Of a stretch of 64,000 nucleotides of DNA, positions 8,604-20,278 are shown one piece after another (within the stretch, counting starts at the first letter, position 1; each line of letters begins with the position of its first letter). This DNA comes from a virus. Under the pieces are notes generated by a model. The model was given only the letters and a program-made list of their open reading frames with translations. It did no database searches and was not told where the DNA came from. The translations under genes were made by a program, and so were the position numbers. The stretch spans positions 1 through 64,000 of the IMG/VR virus record IMGVR_UViG_3300046683_000929. One strand, given 5' to 3'.

Positions 8604-11600
8604 ATGGAAATTATCGCTAATCAAATCTACGTGAGTCGAATGGACAACATGGCTCCGTTAGTCATACTTGCTGTTATTGGTAAGTATATTATGTTTAAGC
8701 CGCATAAATCACGGCAGCATCCACAAGTATATACCAAGGCGTTTTTTAAACAAGCCTTTATTAAAGACTGCAAATACAAACTAAAACATTTTAGACATGG
8801 AACAACCCATTGAAAACAAAGGCTGGAAACAATTATCAATCGGCACATACAGCGGTGCCTTAACTGGACCATATATTGAAATAAACCAGGGAGCCAATAG
8901 TATATTCCTATCGCCAGAAGGACTAAAAAATCTCGTGGAATCCAGCACTGAAATTTTAACTTATTTCAAAATAGAATAATCCCATGGAAGACAATCTTAA
9001 ACCCCTCTACTTTAAAGTAGGAGATCAAGTAGTTACTAATCGATTTGAAACAACACCGCCATTAACGTTCCTTTCCAGAATGAATGAATATGTGGGGAAA
9101 ACAGGGCCAATTCAAGAAATATTTGAGAACTGTATATTAGTACATGGCTTTTATTGGCCATGGAGTGCTATTGAGCATCCAAATTCACTCCTGCAAGACG
9201 ACGATTCATTTAATACCGCTGTCGCCCAAGAAATAAAAGAGCGAGAAGCATTTTTGAATTATCATGCCGACTGGATAAAATCACAGAGAGATGGTGAATT
9301 GATATATAATGAGGCTATTAATAAACTGGAAATTGATAAAAAAATAGCTCATGAAATCAAATCATCAAAGATTAAAACCCATAACGACTTTGTAGCCGCT
9401 AAGAATAAACTTATGGTTGTAATGTACGACCATTTTGAAAATCAAATTGACACGGCCAAAGTAGAACGCATGGTAGAAAAGTATAAAGCTAATCCCTGTG
9501 CTTCTCCAGAAGTTTGGATTGCTCTGGAACCTATGAATGAGGCCGAAAAACAAGCTTTCCTTAATGCCATTGCTACCCTGCCAGAATCAAAGTATACCTG
9601 GCTAAAGCTTACACAAGAGGAACTTTCTGATTTAGTCCACGCACTCGACTATACCCGCGATAACTATACTGGGGTATGGGGTGAAAATAAAAGGAAACGT
9701 CACTTCGAACTTCAAGCCATGATCAATAAATATATTTCACCATGAACGAACCCCTTATCCAACTAAACGCCATCCTGGTAGAGAAAGGTTTAAATATCTG
9801 CTTCTCTGCACAAGATAATCATGGATTCATTACAGTTTACATGATCAAAAATGGTATAACCACAACCCTTAAATCAAATGCTACTCCACCTCAAGTTACT
9901 ATGATGTGTGAAGTAGCTATTAAAATCTTAAGTTAAAATAACATGGATATATTCGAACAAATCGCTAACGATCCCGGAGAAATGATACATAATTTCGATG
10001 AATCACATCGCAATGTTTTTATTTGCACCGGTTACCAAATGCGGCACGCCAAAGCAAAAGGTTTTGAAAGATACGTAGGGCGCTTAGAACAAGTCAGGCT
10101 TGAACATGGACAGTTCGGTAGCGACCTAGTATTTATCCTCCATCATGACGGTGTTACATGGACTCATGAAAATCAATCCTTCTATCTTGTTAAAAAAAAA
10201 TACATTCCAGAATTAAGCGAAATGTACAAGGATTTTGACGTAGTGCCCGACACAGAAGCATGGACAAGTAAAGGTGAAAATCCGGAATATGGTTTTATTA
10301 TCCCTTCTAAAATTCCGGAAGGAGAAACTACTCCACTGCGAGAAGTCAAATCAGACATATACAAAACACTCGACGATATTTTTGGATCTTAAGTTAGGTT
10401 TGCTGAATGGTCAGTTTAATACTGGTCATACCACCGGGAAGTGATTAGCCCGGTGGTTATTTTTTATCACCTTTTACGCTAAGTTTATATTCACATTCAC
10501 AGCCAATGACAACAAAAGAAGTAACAAGTTTTGAATTCTCAACCCAAGAGGTTCAGGCAATACTGCTTAAGCACCTGGTCAATAACGAAAAGATAAATCT
10601 TCAGGCCATGGACACGTCGCAGATATTCTTTAACTCTGACAGTATTTGCCTCACAGTTACAAAAAAACGAAAGAAACCATTTAAGCTATAAACCATGAGC
10701 GACACAACCAAATGCTTCAACTGCGGAACACCAACCGCTATGCCCCAGAAAGTAAAACTGGACGGCAGCGAGATATTATTTTGCCTCGCCTGCTTCGCCT
10801 GCGCGAAAAGTGCAGCGCCACGACACATATCACTTTTACAAGAGGACAAACAATACCTCCAGCTACGAGACCACCGGAACCGACAATTAAACGTCGTAAT
10901 GGAAGGGGGCTTTCCCGCACCTACGAAGCACCTGGACGCATCACTTGAACTATACGAACGCAAAATGGGAACAGATTACTGCGCTGTTCTTTATCATAAT
11001 CATTTACATAGATAACCACCATGACAACTATCCAACGCGAAGCCGCAGAACTCTGGAAAACAGCAACCACCTTTGAGAAGATAACACTCATTGCCTGCGC
11101 AGTATCAGTTATTGTTTTAACTATTTACGATTTTTTTATTTAACCCAAATCACTATAGTTATGAATTTGCAAAAAGAAAAAAGGCTTTTTGATCTACAGT
11201 ACTTCGATCAAAAAGTTTGGATGTTTAGCCATATCCCCCCGCACGCCAAAGAAGAGTTGCGACCAGTTGCACGAGATTTTGCAGGAGAATCAATTGGATA
11301 CCTGCTTCTTAAATCAATAAATGATTTAACCGATGAAGAGGCTATGAAATTGGCACTCGTTTTAGAGCCGGAAGTTTTTACAATGGATGATGTTATTACC
11401 GTTCAAAGGTTTCCAGATTTTATTTTTATGATGTGCAATCAAGGCCAGGTCCAAATTAACTTCAATGGCCCAGAAGGTTTATTTTCGAACGATGATAATT
11501 ATCTTTTCCATACAGATTTAATATATCAGTGCTATTCAATGCTGAAGCTTTGGGGTTATTTATTACCCTTCACCTACATAGATGAAACCGGCAAGCCTGT

Positions 11601-14600
11601 AACATTGTCCCCGGAAGAAATAATTGCTCTTAAATGGGCTCAATACGCTACAGCATGAATCTAAGCGACATCAACGAGCGCCTGGATAAATTTAAGAACT
11701 TCCTTTCATGGCACCTACACGCAAAAGTTAATAACGCATTCGGCGGCAATATGAGAGCCGGGACATTTGATCAATGGCTATATTCAAAACACATCGACCA
11801 CCTGCTTACGCCAGATGCCGAAATAATCCCGCAAATAACCAATCCTTTAGGCAAGTACTGGAATCAAGCCGATCAACGCCGCATTTATATTGACAGAGAA
11901 AATGCCTATATGGAAGAATCTGAATTTAATAAACTATGCAATTATTCACATTCACAACCATCCGGCGTTTATATTGGAAAGTGCTGGAAAGGTAAAGATA
12001 TCAACGGTTGGTATTTAGCCTGGTACGGCCCGCATCCTAACCCCGACTTTGTTTCAAATAACTATCGAACCATCCACATTCTGCCGGCAAGAAACTACCG
12101 TTATGAAATGGATGAGAAACGCACATTAACTATTTTATCATGAAAATCGAATCTTCAAATAAATCTCAAATGTAATGGCATTCAGTATTTTTACTCTATT
12201 TACAAATCGAAAAAAACGGGCCAAAAAACCGTCTATATTCAGTATAAGAATGCCGAAAGAATTTTGGCCTCAATTGATCTGCAGGTATACTATTAACGGA
12301 ATTACACACTATACATACAGAAATCCCGCAACCAACTTTATTTACCAACATCAGTTTGATGATGAACAACAGCTATATATACGAACAGTTTATTTATAAC
12401 CCCATTTAAATATGAAAATTGATCTTGAAAAAATAATGATTGCCCACAGCCCACTAACAGGCAATATTTATGCAGGCAGCATATCCAAACCAGGAGTTTG
12501 GAAAAACAAAGTAGATGTCACAGACAAGGTATACGCTGCAGTTATTGAAGCAAACCTTAACCAGGTTCATAATATGAGCTTTGGCGATAGAACCTTTGAA
12601 TTGACTGTAAAAGAAATGCCTCTGATCATTCCTCCTGCCTACTACAACTGCGCAGCGTGCGAAATGGACTACAATGCCTCTGACCTATCCAAAAATTTAG
12701 AATGTCCCGTTTGTCATATAGTTTGCGACTGCGTTTTGCTTGATGAATTGGCTACTGCAACTTTCGAAGGCTTGAATCAAGAAAATGAAAAAGCAGTCGA
12801 AGCCATAGAGATCACTTCTGAAAACCTGAAAGCCCTTGGCTTTACTGAACACCCCTACGAGGGGCTGGCGTGGCTGGAAATTGAAAAGCCGCACCCATCC
12901 GTCCTGCTATTCACTGGCGATAAAAACGGATATCTGGAAGTAGTTCTGGAAATAGCGGACATCGAAATCAAACGCATGCGGTATCTTCATGAAGTAAAAA
13001 AGGCAATCAAATTCTTTAAGCCATGAGAATAGCGGCTTACCTTAATGTACACGGTGTAAACACAAGTGTAATCCAAATACACGGAAATCTTAAAAAGGGA
13101 ATTAGACTAAGGTCCTTCCTGTTTAAAGACTCAATGAAAATATCCTGTTACTTTCAAGTATATGGGGTTAAGCTTAGCTACTGGTTTTCAGGAAACATGG
13201 AAACCTTTGAACGCTATATGGAGACATATGATCCGGCCTGGCATAGCGATTATACAGTACTGGGCACCGAAATAAAACGAACATTGATCATGGTGCCACC
13301 GAAAGAGCGATGGCACGAGATTAATGGATTGCAACGCATGTTGGGCCTTACAAGTAGGTTTATGAATATTGGCAGTGTTAAAAGTAATCCGTTTTACTGG
13401 ACTGAATTTGCCCATCCAACCGATATCAATCCCCTACCAATAGGGCCACTTCCTGAAAATCCTTGGTTTGAAAAACAGATGGCAGAGTTTAACACCTTGT
13501 ATGGCTCATTAACTTCAAGAATTGGAATCCCAAAAGATAAAACTGGAGAACCTATTGGAAATACAAAAAGTAGACTATATAGGTTTTTCATTCCTGCATC
13601 CCCCGATATCGTCGACACATGGGGCTTTAGAAATCCCTACGCAGGGCTGAATTTACCGCCGCCAAGATTTCCCAATATAGCAGAATCAGAAAATGCTTAT
13701 GGCCCGTATCGCAATTACTTCAAATTCTCAAACAAAAAATACCGAATCCCGCGCAAACTCAAAAAACGCCTAAAGAAAAACCCTAAAGTAATCCCAGAAT
13801 TTAACAGCAAAGCACTATGGGAAAGATAAAGCATTCTATTGGATATGATCCAGTAAGCAATAAACCAGGTGTAGCATCTGTGTTTACATTTCAACTTCCA
13901 GAAACGCCCGCAGATAAAATGATAGTCATTTATGCTGGCCGGACAGAAACGGATTCATTTTATGACGAAGTTTTAAAAATGGCTGAATATTTCGGGGTGG
14001 CTATCACAGAAGAAAAGAAACCAAACCCAAAATGGATCGCCGCCATGAAACGTCCATTCTGGAGAACACTTCGCCGGCACTCCCTTCGCAAAATAAAATC
14101 ACGCCGCAAAAGGCTTATATATCTTATCTGCTACTTTGTTAAAATAAAACCATGAAAGAAGAACTTGAATGGAAATCGTTAAATCCAGAAAATAGAAAAT
14201 TTACATTAGACACGAACAAGGATGCCCACGGCTGGATACAGTTCAAAGGAGGAAGTCTTTGTATGGATGTACATTGCACATGCGGTCACCATAGCCATAT
14301 TGATGGAAACTTTATCTATTTCCTACGATGCCCTGCCTGTGGATCTATTTATGAACTAAATGGGCACATCCAACTTATTGAGCGACCAGACCTTATACTT
14401 AATGAAGATATCAACATTCACGATCCACAAAATTAATCACCACCACGATGCAAACACCAAAAGAAATACTGAGCCAATGGGATGGAATGCCATTCTCAAA
14501 AGACACAGACTGGTTTTCTGAAAAAGCAGTATTAAGAGCTATGGAAGAATATGCCCAGCAGTTCAAAGACAATATTTCAGATATGGAAACCAAACATTCT

Positions 14601-15616
14601 GAAGATCTAGCTAACTACAATAGTTACGCAGCTAGTGAAATAGAATCACGCTGGGAAGAGAATCGTGATAGGCTAATTGCTAAATACGAAAGCGACATCA
14701 AACTGTTTAAACTCATAGATGAGAAACACCTGGCAGTTCATATTTGGAATGGAGTTATTGACGATCTAAAAAAGATTGAATTGTGAGAACAATAATCAGG
14801 CAGCTATACGTATCTGTCGAAAGCAAAAATATTCTTAAAGAGATATGGCGGGCATTCCTGCCATTTCTTGTTTTTATAGGATTTGTTGGAGCCGTTGTTA
14901 TTACCTTTATCTTAATTGCAAATTAAAAACGCCATATGGAAAAGTCAGCAGATCATAAATCTTTTACCGTTAAATTCCTTCACATAACCGGGAAAGCTCA
15001 GGTTTATAAAGCAGGAAATATCTGGATGGCCTTTATTCAGTTCCCAGCCTGCTATTTAATGCCCGGAGCAAATAATTATGCCATTCCCAATATCTTTGGT
15101 CGTACTGTAGATGAAGTTGCTGAAATAGCCTATATGCAGTTCAAAGAGTTTTATGCAGTTCTGGATAAACCTCTAAGGCTAATCGGTAAACACAACTTCT
15201 TTGTCACCAGGAAACGATTTCATACATCAATATCAAAAAAACTGGAACACTTTACTGGTAGCTTTACCTTCACTGGGCACTACTTCTGCATCTCCGAAAA
15301 TGTAGATGGAACCAAATTCTTTAAAACTATTTTCGGCGACAGGAATCAGCTTAATACCTTGGCAGCACTTATGGTTATTAATTGGAATGAATTTGTCCTT
15401 CCAGTTCAACAATTAGGTTTCAATAAAAAGTTCCTTGGAAACTTAATGATCCGCCATGATAAAGTAAAAGCCCACCATCTCCGTTACCATTACGACAAAG
15501 AAGTTTTCGATGAAGTAGCTAAACATCCAGATAAAATCACAAAGCACGTATCCCTTCAAAGAGAAGAATTCTTTAGTGCTATGGTTATTCATAAAATGAA
15601 ACCTCCAACGGATTAA
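8604..15616 (+). other. Array of about 20 small co-directional hypothetical genes
   Basis: Tightly packed or overlapping ORFs (e.g. 8984-9745, 9943-10392, 11161-11658, 12412-13026, 13023-13829, 14152-14436, 14936-15616), several with CxxC pairs; no confident families. Confidence 0.7.
10430..10465 (+). terminator. Intrinsic terminator
   Basis: ACCACCGGG/CCCGGTGGT stem followed by TATTTTTT. Confidence 0.7.
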
Positions 15617-15667
15617 TATTATTTACTTCTTTTTTAGTATCGCATATGTTCACATTCACAAAAACAC

Positions 15668-15675
15668 TATCTTTG
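15668..15675 (+). promoter_or_regulatory. Bacteroidota -7 promoter element
   Basis: TATCTTTG matches TAnnTTTG; intergenic, just downstream of a TTCACATTCACA motif. Confidence 0.5.
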
Positions 15676-15681
15676 TTTCCC

Positions 15682-16104
15682 ATGAAAGAAGATATTAACG
15701 AAACCACCGCAGAATCAACAAAAAGCCGAGTTGAACCATATAGTTTAGCCGAGTTTGCCACGCTAAAAGATGTGCCCGAAGAAGCTGTACTGCATGCAGT
15801 ACAACAAAATAAACTTCGCACTGTGCAGAAAAAATTGCCCGAAATATTCATACCGCCATACGAGGCCAAAGAATACAACTTCGAAATGATATCCGTCTAT
15901 GACTACGCGGCCCGCAAAAACGTTAGCGCCAGATCTGTTTATAATAAAATCAGCAATAAGTCAATAAGCTACACCCTTAAACCTGGTTCATCCGCCGAAG
16001 AAAAGGTTTATCAAATTGACTGGACAGCCTTTGGTGATGTTCATTTCAGGGCTGTCAAATACAAGTATCGTGGCAAAGACAAAATTATTGACAATAAGCA
16101 CTAA
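15682..16104 (+). CDS. Tandem HTH (excisionase/MerR-like) DNA-binding protein
   Basis: Two repeats: SLAEFATLKDVPEEAVLHAVQQNKL and SVYDYAARKNVSARSVYNKISNKSI. Confidence 0.55.
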   Translation: MKEDINETTAESTKSRVEPYSLAEFATLKDVPEEAVLHAVQQNKLRTVQKKLPEIFIPPYEAKEYNFEMISVYDYAARKNVSARSVYNKISNKSISYTLKPGSSAEEKVYQIDWTAFGDVHFRAVKYKYRGKDKIIDNKH

Positions 16105-16371
16105 AACCATGATGACAGATAAAGAATTGCGCAAAGAGCGCCACGAAGCATACCTGCTTATTTTATTCATTGGAATAGCCGCTTTCTTCATGTTGAGTGG
16201 GCTTGTTTATTGGGTTGAAAAACTTAATTCGTGGGGGATAAAGCAAAATAAAAGGTCAATAATTGTAAATGGAATGGGTGTGCCATTTACAGATACGGCA
16301 GTTTGGATTGTCGTAAAAACAGATAAGGACACATCGTTTATTTACATTAATGATAATCTTAAATTAAAGCA

Positions 16372-17199
16372 TTGGAAATGAAAATAGAAGAAGTAAAACA
16401 ATGGAATTGCGGCAATGGGCTTGCAGTTGCCGTTAATCCGTATATATACACCGAGAAAGATTTTTATATAAGAAAATCAGAGGGGGAAAGCTGGGGCGAC
16501 TTTTATAGTAAAAAAAGTATTGAATTTAATAAGTGGGCATCCGATCCCGCCAACCAACCAGTAACAGACCTTTCGGGTGTTTATAATTCCGATCAGGTTA
16601 AAGAGGTATGGGAATACAGAGGAGTACTAAGTGACGACTGGGCACAAGATCGACCAACTGTTTATGCATTGTTTCCTTCGTTTGATGCATATTCAATATA
16701 TGCTAAATCCCTTTGTGCAGAATGCGAAACCCGCAGGCGTTTAGTACTTGCTGAACCAAAAATATATCACAGTATTCATGCTGATGGAGAAAAATGCGTT
16801 ATCTGTAAAAGAGATGCTGATAGAAAAATAGGTGAACAGATATTGAGCAATAACCCTAATAAGTTCACCCATGAATTGACTGCTTATGTTTGCAATGGAT
16901 GCTTTGACTTAATCTTCAAAAGATACACTAATACACCGGCTGAGATAAAGATCATAGATGAAGCTGCCCTATGTAATACAGATAGCAGCGTTAAAGAGGA
17001 TAAGCCAATTACTGATATTTCCAAGTTACAAGCCCAGTTTGATAATCAAATGAAGCACAAAGAAAGCATTAAGCAGTATTGGTTATCATGCTCTGAAAGT
17101 AAAAATAAATGGGTTGAAGCCATTAAAGAGTACTTCGATGGTGGACATAATGAAATTTCAACTTTTGAGGATTTTAAATATCAATTTGATTTAGATTGA
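16372..17199 (+). CDS. Hypothetical protein with Zn-finger
   Basis: CVIC...CNGC. Confidence 0.7.
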   Translation: MEMKIEEVKQWNCGNGLAVAVNPYIYTEKDFYIRKSEGESWGDFYSKKSIEFNKWASDPANQPVTDLSGVYNSDQVKEVWEYRGVLSDDWAQDRPTVYALFPSFDAYSIYAKSLCAECETRRRLVLAEPKIYHSIHADGEKCVICKRDADRKIGEQILSNNPNKFTHELTAYVCNGCFDLIFKRYTNTPAEIKIIDEAALCNTDSSVKEDKPITDISKLQAQFDNQMKHKESIKQYWLSCSESKNKWVEAIKEYFDGGHNEISTFEDFKYQFDLD

Positions 17200-17861
17200 C
17201 CATGAGCCAACCAAATAACCCATGCCCAACATGTGGCGAGTACAATAATACAGTATGCAGTAACTCATATCATTTATGGGTTGAACCTGAAATTGAAATC
17301 GATTCGTTACATGTTGGGGAAATGGTAGGCGAAGCTGCAATCGATTCATTAATAATGGATGAATACGATACAGAGCGACCTTATACGAGTGGCTTTATCA
17401 GGGGCGCTAACTGGATGAAAGATAAACTATCAGAAGCCGGGGAAAGTAAATGGATTGATGTAAAAAATAATTTACCTGAAGTTGCCGGATTTTATTGGGT
17501 GAATAGAATTGTAGTTGATACACATACCGACGATCATGGCAATGCTCAATTTATAAATGAGCAAGAAAAGATATTTTATTTTAAAGAACGAAATGTAACC
17601 GGATGGGAAAAAGATTGGACTGCAAACCCATCTAATGTTACCCACTGGCAACCCCTACCATCAGCCCCCAACGAAACTAATGTGGCACCCCGTTTATACA
17701 CCCATGCTGAATTGTTAGCATTCGGGGAAAAAGTAAAGGAGTTGGCAGCGGAACAAGGTACTATTATATATATAGAATCTGAAACAAAGGATGGTATAAT
17801 TGATGCAGAAATTGACAAACAATCTATCTTATCAATTGACCTTAACGAATTAGCAAAATAA
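17196..17861 (+). CDS. DUF551-like phage protein
   Basis: WIDVKNNLPE ... VTHWQPLPSAP signature. Confidence 0.7.
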   Translation: MTMSQPNNPCPTCGEYNNTVCSNSYHLWVEPEIEIDSLHVGEMVGEAAIDSLIMDEYDTERPYTSGFIRGANWMKDKLSEAGESKWIDVKNNLPEVAGFYWVNRIVVDTHTDDHGNAQFINEQEKIFYFKERNVTGWEKDWTANPSNVTHWQPLPSAPNETNVAPRLYTHAELLAFGEKVKELAAEQGTIIYIESETKDGIIDAEIDKQSILSIDLNELAK

Positions 17862-17863
17862 AG

Positions 17864-18073
17864 ATGGCAACAAAACATACAAGCCCATGCTTAAAAAAGG
17901 CAGGCGATGACGAAACTATATTTGTGCTTAGAGCGCAAGACGTTACTTCGCCCATAATAGTTTTGGAGTGGATTAAAGCAAACTTTGAAACATGCCCGAA
18001 TGATAAGCTAATGAAAGCGTTTGAATCGGCTTTATCTATGAAGGATTTTAAAGGCAGAAAATCAGCGGATTGA
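17864..18073 (+). CDS. Conserved phage hypothetical protein (DETIFVLRAQD)
   Basis: Motif is common in small phage proteins. Confidence 0.7.
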   Translation: MATKHTSPCLKKAGDDETIFVLRAQDVTSPIIVLEWIKANFETCPNDKLMKAFESALSMKDFKGRKSAD

Positions 18074-18722
18074 CCTTAATAAAATTGAAATCAAATGAAA
18101 AAACTTAAAATTAGGATATAGTTTTATGATACCAAAGATAAAGGGGTGTCAATATCATACACTCAAAGCATGCCTGATGGTAGTCAATCTAATCATTTTT
18201 GGGATATAGACGGTTTTTTTAACTGGTTTTATCATGAATAACATTTAATGTAATCCCCCAACCACCTAAATAAACAATATGAAAAAGACAAAACGAGAAG
18301 GGATGTACGAATTGGTAAAATCTATCAATTGGAGAATTAAAAAGGTAAAGGGCAATATGAACACATTTAATAAAAAAGTTGATGCTGTTGGGATATCCTT
18401 AAATAATTTAACCACTACTTAAACAAACAAATGAAAGCCTACACGGAATTAGAATTAATCGGCATGATTGAGGTTGCCACCAGTAAGGAGGAATTGGCAA
18501 ATGTGACTAATCATGTATTTCAAAACAAAGAAATATACCCGGGAATGTGGATTAAAATACAAACAATGTGCATGAAGAAATTAGTAACAATTTAAACCTA
18601 ATAAGATGCCAAATGAAATACCTTTTAATCGCCATATTCACCGCAATACTATTTACATCTGCCTGGATAGTTTATCACAAAATAACAATACACAATACGG
18701 GTATTAAAACCACAGATACAAG

Positions 18723-19061
18723 ATGACCGAAAAAAAGCCGCTTGAAATTCATTCCCCTATAGCTTTAATGCCATTCGGAAAAAATAAAGGAGAAATTATC
18801 TGGTCATTGGGCCTTTCAAGTTTGAGCTTTATGCTTTCCAGATGGAACTTATCCGAAAGAACCAGGCAAACATTTAAAGATGCTTCTGCTATGTTTATCC
18901 GAAATGGTGAATATGCTGTGCTTCGTAAATTTAATCGCGAACCGAATTTTATAAAGCTAATGGGCATATACAACACTAGAACATATGCCGAAAAGCAAAC
19001 AAAATATAGTTCAGGGAACTATGACGATATTGTTTATCATATCGAAGTTCCAAAATCATAA
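18723..19061 (+). CDS. DUF3820-like protein
   Basis: MPFGKNKG motif. Confidence 0.5.
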   Translation: MTEKKPLEIHSPIALMPFGKNKGEIIWSLGLSSLSFMLSRWNLSERTRQTFKDASAMFIRNGEYAVLRKFNREPNFIKLMGIYNTRTYAEKQTKYSSGNYDDIVYHIEVPKS

Positions 19062-19087
19062 ATTAATAAAACCACTAAAATAAAATC

Positions 19088-20278
19088 ATGGAAAACAAAG
19101 AAATTGAATCGCCTGCAGAAAACGAAGCCGCCGCAAATTCTAACATGCCAATACCAATTACTCCAGACCAGCTGGCCTCCTTCATGGACTCTCGGAAATT
19201 ATCAATTGCCGGCAGGCAAACAATCAAAATCCTCGTTCGAAAAATATCTTTTCGCCCTGGACACAATGTTACAAGCGAAGAAAGCTACGATAAGGAATAC
19301 ATTGAGCAGCTTGCCGACTCCATTCAGGAATTAGGTTTAGAGCATCCTATTACCGTTGATCTTATGAAGGATGGAACGGCCTATGTTTTGTGGGGCCATG
19401 GACGCTTACTGGCTCACCGGCTGTTAATTGAACGTGGAGCCAAACGCAAAGGCAAAGGAAAGGACAGAAACAAAGAAAAAGGCTTCGAATATATCGAATG
19501 CTTCCTTGCGCCAAAAGATTACACCGAAATAGATCGTACAACAGCGATGATTTTGGAAAATGTTAAGCGCCATGTAAAGCCGATTGAACAAGCAGCCGGT
19601 CTTTTACGCTTAAAAGAATTTGGCTTGAGTAACGCCGCTATTTCAAAAATGCTACCAGGTATAAACGAAATGCAGATAGGCTTAATGCTTACCCTGGCTG
19701 GATTATCCAAGGAAGAGCAGGATTTGATAGCAGATGGCAAAATTAGCCCGACTGCGGCCGTTAAATTAGCCCGAAAGGAATCAGACCCAGCCAAGCGCGT
19801 AGAGATCATAGAAAAGGCAGCAGCAGGCGAAGACGGTAAACTCAAAGTGACCGAGGTAGATAACATTATCTCAGACCAGGAACAAGCCGACAATATCGCA
19901 TCTATGATGATGGGTAATGCAGCCAATGGCGAAACAGGAGATCCTTTTGCTAACGACCGCTCTGACTATCTTAAAATAAATTCAGGAGATAGTAACGATC
20001 CAAGCATGAAAGGAAACTCTGGAAAAGCACACGAGTCTACTCAGGATCCTGCCATCAAATCAAAAGACCAGCCTAAACCCCTGGATGAAGACGATAAAGA
20101 TGATCACGACATCGTAACCGGCAAAGCTACCGCCCGCGATATGATTGCTGAATCGGTTGAAATATGCAAGAAGCTTTCCTACGAAATTGAAAAGGATCTT
20201 AGCCCTAAAGGTATTACTCTTCTTTTTGATCTTGAAAAGAAATTACTTGATCTTAAAGCTATCTTAAAAAGTAAATGA
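19088..20278 (+). CDS. ParB/Srx-like N-terminal domain protein with HTH
   Basis: IEQLADSIQELGLEHPITV...GHGRLLA, EN..R, followed by an HTH-like segment and an acidic tail. Confidence 0.8.
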   Translation: MENKEIESPAENEAAANSNMPIPITPDQLASFMDSRKLSIAGRQTIKILVRKISFRPGHNVTSEESYDKEYIEQLADSIQELGLEHPITVDLMKDGTAYVLWGHGRLLAHRLLIERGAKRKGKGKDRNKEKGFEYIECFLAPKDYTEIDRTTAMILENVKRHVKPIEQAAGLLRLKEFGLSNAAISKMLPGINEMQIGLMLTLAGLSKEEQDLIADGKISPTAAVKLARKESDPAKRVEIIEKAAAGEDGKLKVTEVDNIISDQEQADNIASMMMGNAANGETGDPFANDRSDYLKINSGDSNDPSMKGNSGKAHESTQDPAIKSKDQPKPLDEDDKDDHDIVTGKATARDMIAESVEICKKLSYEIEKDLSPKGITLLFDLEKKLLDLKAILKSK